DNA from: Alphaproteobacteria bacterium
GTDB taxonomy: Bacteria > Pseudomonadota > Alphaproteobacteria > SP197
Direction: 5' to 3'
DNA: 64,000 bases
Assembly: GCA_964291415.2 (NCBI GenBank)
Contig: OZ219918.1
Coordinates: 1,252,672-1,316,671 of the forward strand
Shown here: piece after piece, positions 61,250 through 64,000 of the stretch
Layout of the letters: every line of letters begins with the position of its first letter
Position numbering within the stretch: the stretch's first letter is position 1
Program-made: the position numbers and the translations under genes
The notes under the pieces: model-generated
Databases searched by the model: none
The model's input: only the letters and a program-made list of their open reading frames with translations
Told to the model about the DNA's origin: nothing

Positions 61250-64000
61250 ATGCCCGTAGCAGCGCTTCTGCGGCGCTGGGGGTTGGCTTCGGCCGTCCTC
61301 CTGGCATGCGCCGCGGCATCGGCTCAGGAAACGCCTGAGAACTCGCCGCCCACCGGGGCGCCGGCGTTGAGCGGCACGGCGCGGGTGGGCGAGACGCTGA
61401 CCGCCGCCAAGGGGACGCTCGCGGACGCGGACGGCCTGCCCGACGATGCGAGCCTCTCCTGGCAGTGGGTGCGCCAGGACGACGCCGCCGGCGCGAACCC
61501 GGCGGACATCGCCTCGGCGACGGGCACCGCCTACACCCTGACGCTGGACGACACCGGCAAATACATCACGGTGCGGGTGAGCTACACCGACGACGGCGGC
61601 ACAGACGAAAATGTCACCGCCGCCGCGATGGGTCCGGTGCTCGCGCCGCCCCTCGCGCCCGACAACCTGCGCGAGACCGCCCGCACCGCGGACGGGTTCA
61701 CGATCGCCTGGGACGCCCCCGGCAACACGGGCCGGCCGGACATCGCGCACTACGACGTGCAGCACCGCACGCCGCCCGGGACCGGCACCTGGACCGACGG
61801 GCCGCAGGGCGTCGCGGCCGCGACCACGACGGCGACCCTCGCCGGCCTGACCGCCGGCACCGGGTACGAGGTGCGGGCGCGGGCCGCGAACGCCGACGGC
61901 GACGGCCCCTGGTCGGCGCCGCTCGCCGCCACCGCGGGTCCGCCGCGGATCGCGGCGGTGGCGATCGCCTCGGACCCGGGCGATGACAAGTCCTACGCCA
62001 TCGGGGACCGGGTCGAAGTGACGGTGACCTTCGACACCCCCGTGCAGGTGACCGGCACGCCGGAACTCGCCCTGCAGGTCGGCGCCAACTCCCGCAGCGC
62101 GGTGTATGCGAGCGGCGACGGCACGGCGGCGCTCGTGTTCGCCTACACCGTTCAGGCAGAGGTCAGCGAGGTCGACGCCGACGGCATCGCCATCGGCGCC
62201 AACGCGCTGAGCCTCCCGAACGGAGCCGCGATCGCGAACGGAATCGCCGCGACCGTGACGCATGACGCCGTGGACGCGGACGACGCGCACCGAGTAGACG
62301 GCAGGCGCCCGCGGCTGCACACGGGAAACTTCCGTCCCCCCGCCACCTCGGAGGACGGCGCCCGAATTGTCCTGAGCTTCCCCGAGGCGATCCGCTCGGA
62401 CCCGGCGCCGAACGGCGGCGTCACCATCCGGGTGGCCGGCTCGGAGGTGGACGACGACGGGAACGATTACGTCGTCCAGGACGACACCGTGACCATCGCG
62501 CTGGCGAGTCCGGTGCGGGCCGGTCAGGCGGTCGAGGTAGACGTTGCACCGGAGCCCGCCACCGGCGAGCCGATTCGCGACCTCGCCGGCAACCCGGTCG
62601 AGGCGGTCTCCAATGTCGCCGTGACCAACAACACCGAGGGAGTTGCCCTGGTGCTGACGCCGGCCTCGATATCCGAGAACGGCGGCCGGAGCGCGGTGAC
62701 GGCCACGCTGAAAGGAACATCCAACGCGGCCACGACGCTGACGGTATCCGTGACGCCGGTCAGCCCGGCGACGGCGTCGGACTTCACACTGAGCGACAAC
62801 AAGGTGCTCACCATCGCCGCCGGCCAGACCGCCAGCAGCGGAACCGTGATCGTCACCGCCGTGAACAACAGCCTGGCGGCGGCGGACAAGAGGTTCGCCA
62901 TAAGCGCGACGATCGCGAACGAAGACGGCTTGGCCGCTCCGGCGGATGTCACGCTCACCATCCGGAACGACGACGGCGGCATCTGCGACCGGACCTTGAA
63001 GGTGCAGCAGGCCATCCTGGACAAGCTGACCGCGGTGAACGAGTGCCAGAACGTGACCGCCACCCACCTGAGCGGGATCACGGGCACCCTCAGGCTGACC
63101 AGCCAGGGCATCGGCTCGCTCAAGACGGGGGATTTCACCGGCCTGTCCGGGCTGGAACAACTGGAGCTGGACCAGAACTCCCTCACCACCCTGCCTCCCG
63201 GTCTGCTGTCGGGCCTGTCCTCGCTGACGAAGCTTCATCTCGCCCGGAACCAGCTCGCCGCGCTGCCCGCCGACCTGATCTCGGGGCTGTCGAGCCTCGA
63301 TGAGCTCTGGCTCGAGCACAACCGGCTCAGGGGCTTCCCTCCCGGCTTCTTCCGCGGCATGGGGAGTTCGCCGAACTCCATACGGACAACAATCCCGGCG
63401 ATTCCGCTCTCGAAAATCTGGATTGGGATTGGAACACAGGCAGCAGCCCCGTTCCCATCGCAATCTCGCTCGCCGCCGACGACCGGGCGCGGTGAAGGTC
63501 GTCGCTCCGTCCGGGGTGCCATTCGGCATGACGTTCACCATCACGTTGACCAACGGGGAAATCGACGGCGCGGCCACCACGTTCACGCTCTCGGTACCCG
63601 GCGGAGCGTTGGAGAGCAACGAAACCAAGACCGTGACCCGGACCGCTGGCACCTCGGAGGCGGTCACCGCGGACATCACCCGCGTGCCGCACCACACGGA
63701 CGCAGCCTGGCAGCCCTTGAACCACGGATTCCTGCCCAAGGCGGCCGACGACCTGCTGCTGGAGGTGTTTCCCGCCTAGAAGCCGCAGGTCGGAATCTCG
63801 CCGAAAACCGACAAGACGACGGTGACGGAGGGAACCGCCGCCGAGTTCATCCTCACGCGGGATGCGCCCCACGACGACGCCCTGATGGTGACGGTGGCGG
63901 TCGCCCAGACCGGCTCGGTAATCAAGACCGCGGATTCCTACGAGCCGCCAGACAGCGTGGAATTCCTCGCCGGCGAGGGAACCGCCACGCTCACCGTGGA
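61250..64000 (+). CDS. large secreted surface protein with FN3, SwmB-like, LRR and Calx-beta-like domains; runs off the window and is disrupted after ~63365
   Basis: ATG 61250 with signal peptide MPVAALLRRWGLASAVLLACAAASA. TGAPALSGTARVGETLTA, W.APG...Y.V...YEVRARA (FN3), ICDRT cap, LxxLxLxxNxL LRRs. Absent from the ORF track because this frame has no stop before the window end. Confidence 0.85.
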   Translation, partial: MPVAALLRRWGLASAVLLACAAASAQETPENSPPTGAPALSGTARVGETLTAAKGTLADADGLPDDASLSWQWVRQDDAAGANPADIASATGTAYTLTLDDTGKYITVRVSYTDDGGTDENVTAAAMGPVLAPPLAPDNLRETARTADGFTIAWDAPGNTGRPDIAHYDVQHRTPPGTGTWTDGPQGVAAATTTATLAGLTAGTGYEVRARAANADGDGPWSAPLAATAGPPRIAAVAIASDPGDDKSYAIGDRVEVTVTFDTPVQVTGTPELALQVGANSRSAVYASGDGTAALVFAYTVQAEVSEVDADGIAIGANALSLPNGAAIANGIAATVTHDAVDADDAHRVDGRRPRLHTGNFRPPATSEDGARIVLSFPEAIRSDPAPNGGVTIRVAGSEVDDDGNDYVVQDDTVTIALASPVRAGQAVEVDVAPEPATGEPIRDLAGNPVEAVSNVAVTNNTEGVALVLTPASISENGGRSAVTATLKGTSNAATTLTVSVTPVSPATASDFTLSDNKVLTIAAGQTASSGTVIVTAVNNSLAAADKRFAISATIANEDGLAAPADVTLTIRNDDGGICDRTLKVQQAILDKLTAVNECQNVTATHLSGITGTLRLTSQGIGSLKTGDFTGLSGLEQLELDQNSLTTLPPGLLSGLSSLTKLHLARNQLAALPADLISGLSSLDELWLEHNRLRGFPPGFFRGMGSSPNSIRTTIPAIPLSKIWIGIGTQAAAPFPSQSRSPPTTGRGEGRRSVRGAIRHDVHHHVDQRGNRRRGHHVHALGTRRSVGEQRNQDRDPDRWHLGGGHRGHHPRAAPHGRSLAALEPRIPAQGGRRPAAGGVSRLEAAGRNLAENRQDDGDGGNRRRVHPHAGCAPRRRPDGDGGGRPDRLGNQDRGFLRAARQRGIPRRRGNRHAHRG

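Noticed and set aside
60764-63739. 991-aa minus-strand ORF
   Set aside because: Shadow of the plus-strand LRR/FN3 protein starting at 61250.
1-64000. tRNA, rRNA, CRISPR arrays, reverse transcriptase/DGR, T4SS genes
   Set aside because: No recognisable signatures found by eye. tRNAscan, Infernal and CRISPR finders would be needed to exclude them formally.

Overview
High-GC, probably alphaproteobacterial window that is almost entirely accessory DNA. After a Baeyer-Villiger monooxygenase and a 5'-truncated M24 peptidase (possible integration boundary near 2.95 kb) come three tandem ribbon-helix-helix genes, a 1860-aa MOBF/TrwC relaxase-helicase, a TerB + YeeR-like pair and a CrfC-dynamin/YjcZ/patatin operon. 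It also holds a complete IS66 (8-bp TSD) whose tnpB is split by a serine-recombinase element, an IS1111-type IS110 with a candidate bridge RNA, an XRE-ImmA regulator and an FseA-like (DUF6499/DUF2285) gene. Many genes encode secreted or surface proteins (ankyrin, LRR, FN3, Calx-beta, TbpB-like lipoproteins, autotransporter), a profile typical of host-associated bacteria such as sponge symbionts (inference). The most unexplained signal is a diverged ~0.6-0.75 kb non-coding module (A/C-rich tract, TATGAT/TATAGT, invariant CAGATCATGCAA, 410-480 nt leader) found three times, each time directly upstream of an unrelated signal-peptide gene. About ten genes carry frameshifts, from either long-read indel errors or decay. 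No rRNA, tRNA or CRISPR array was seen. All family assignments come from motif recognition by eye; no database searches were run.
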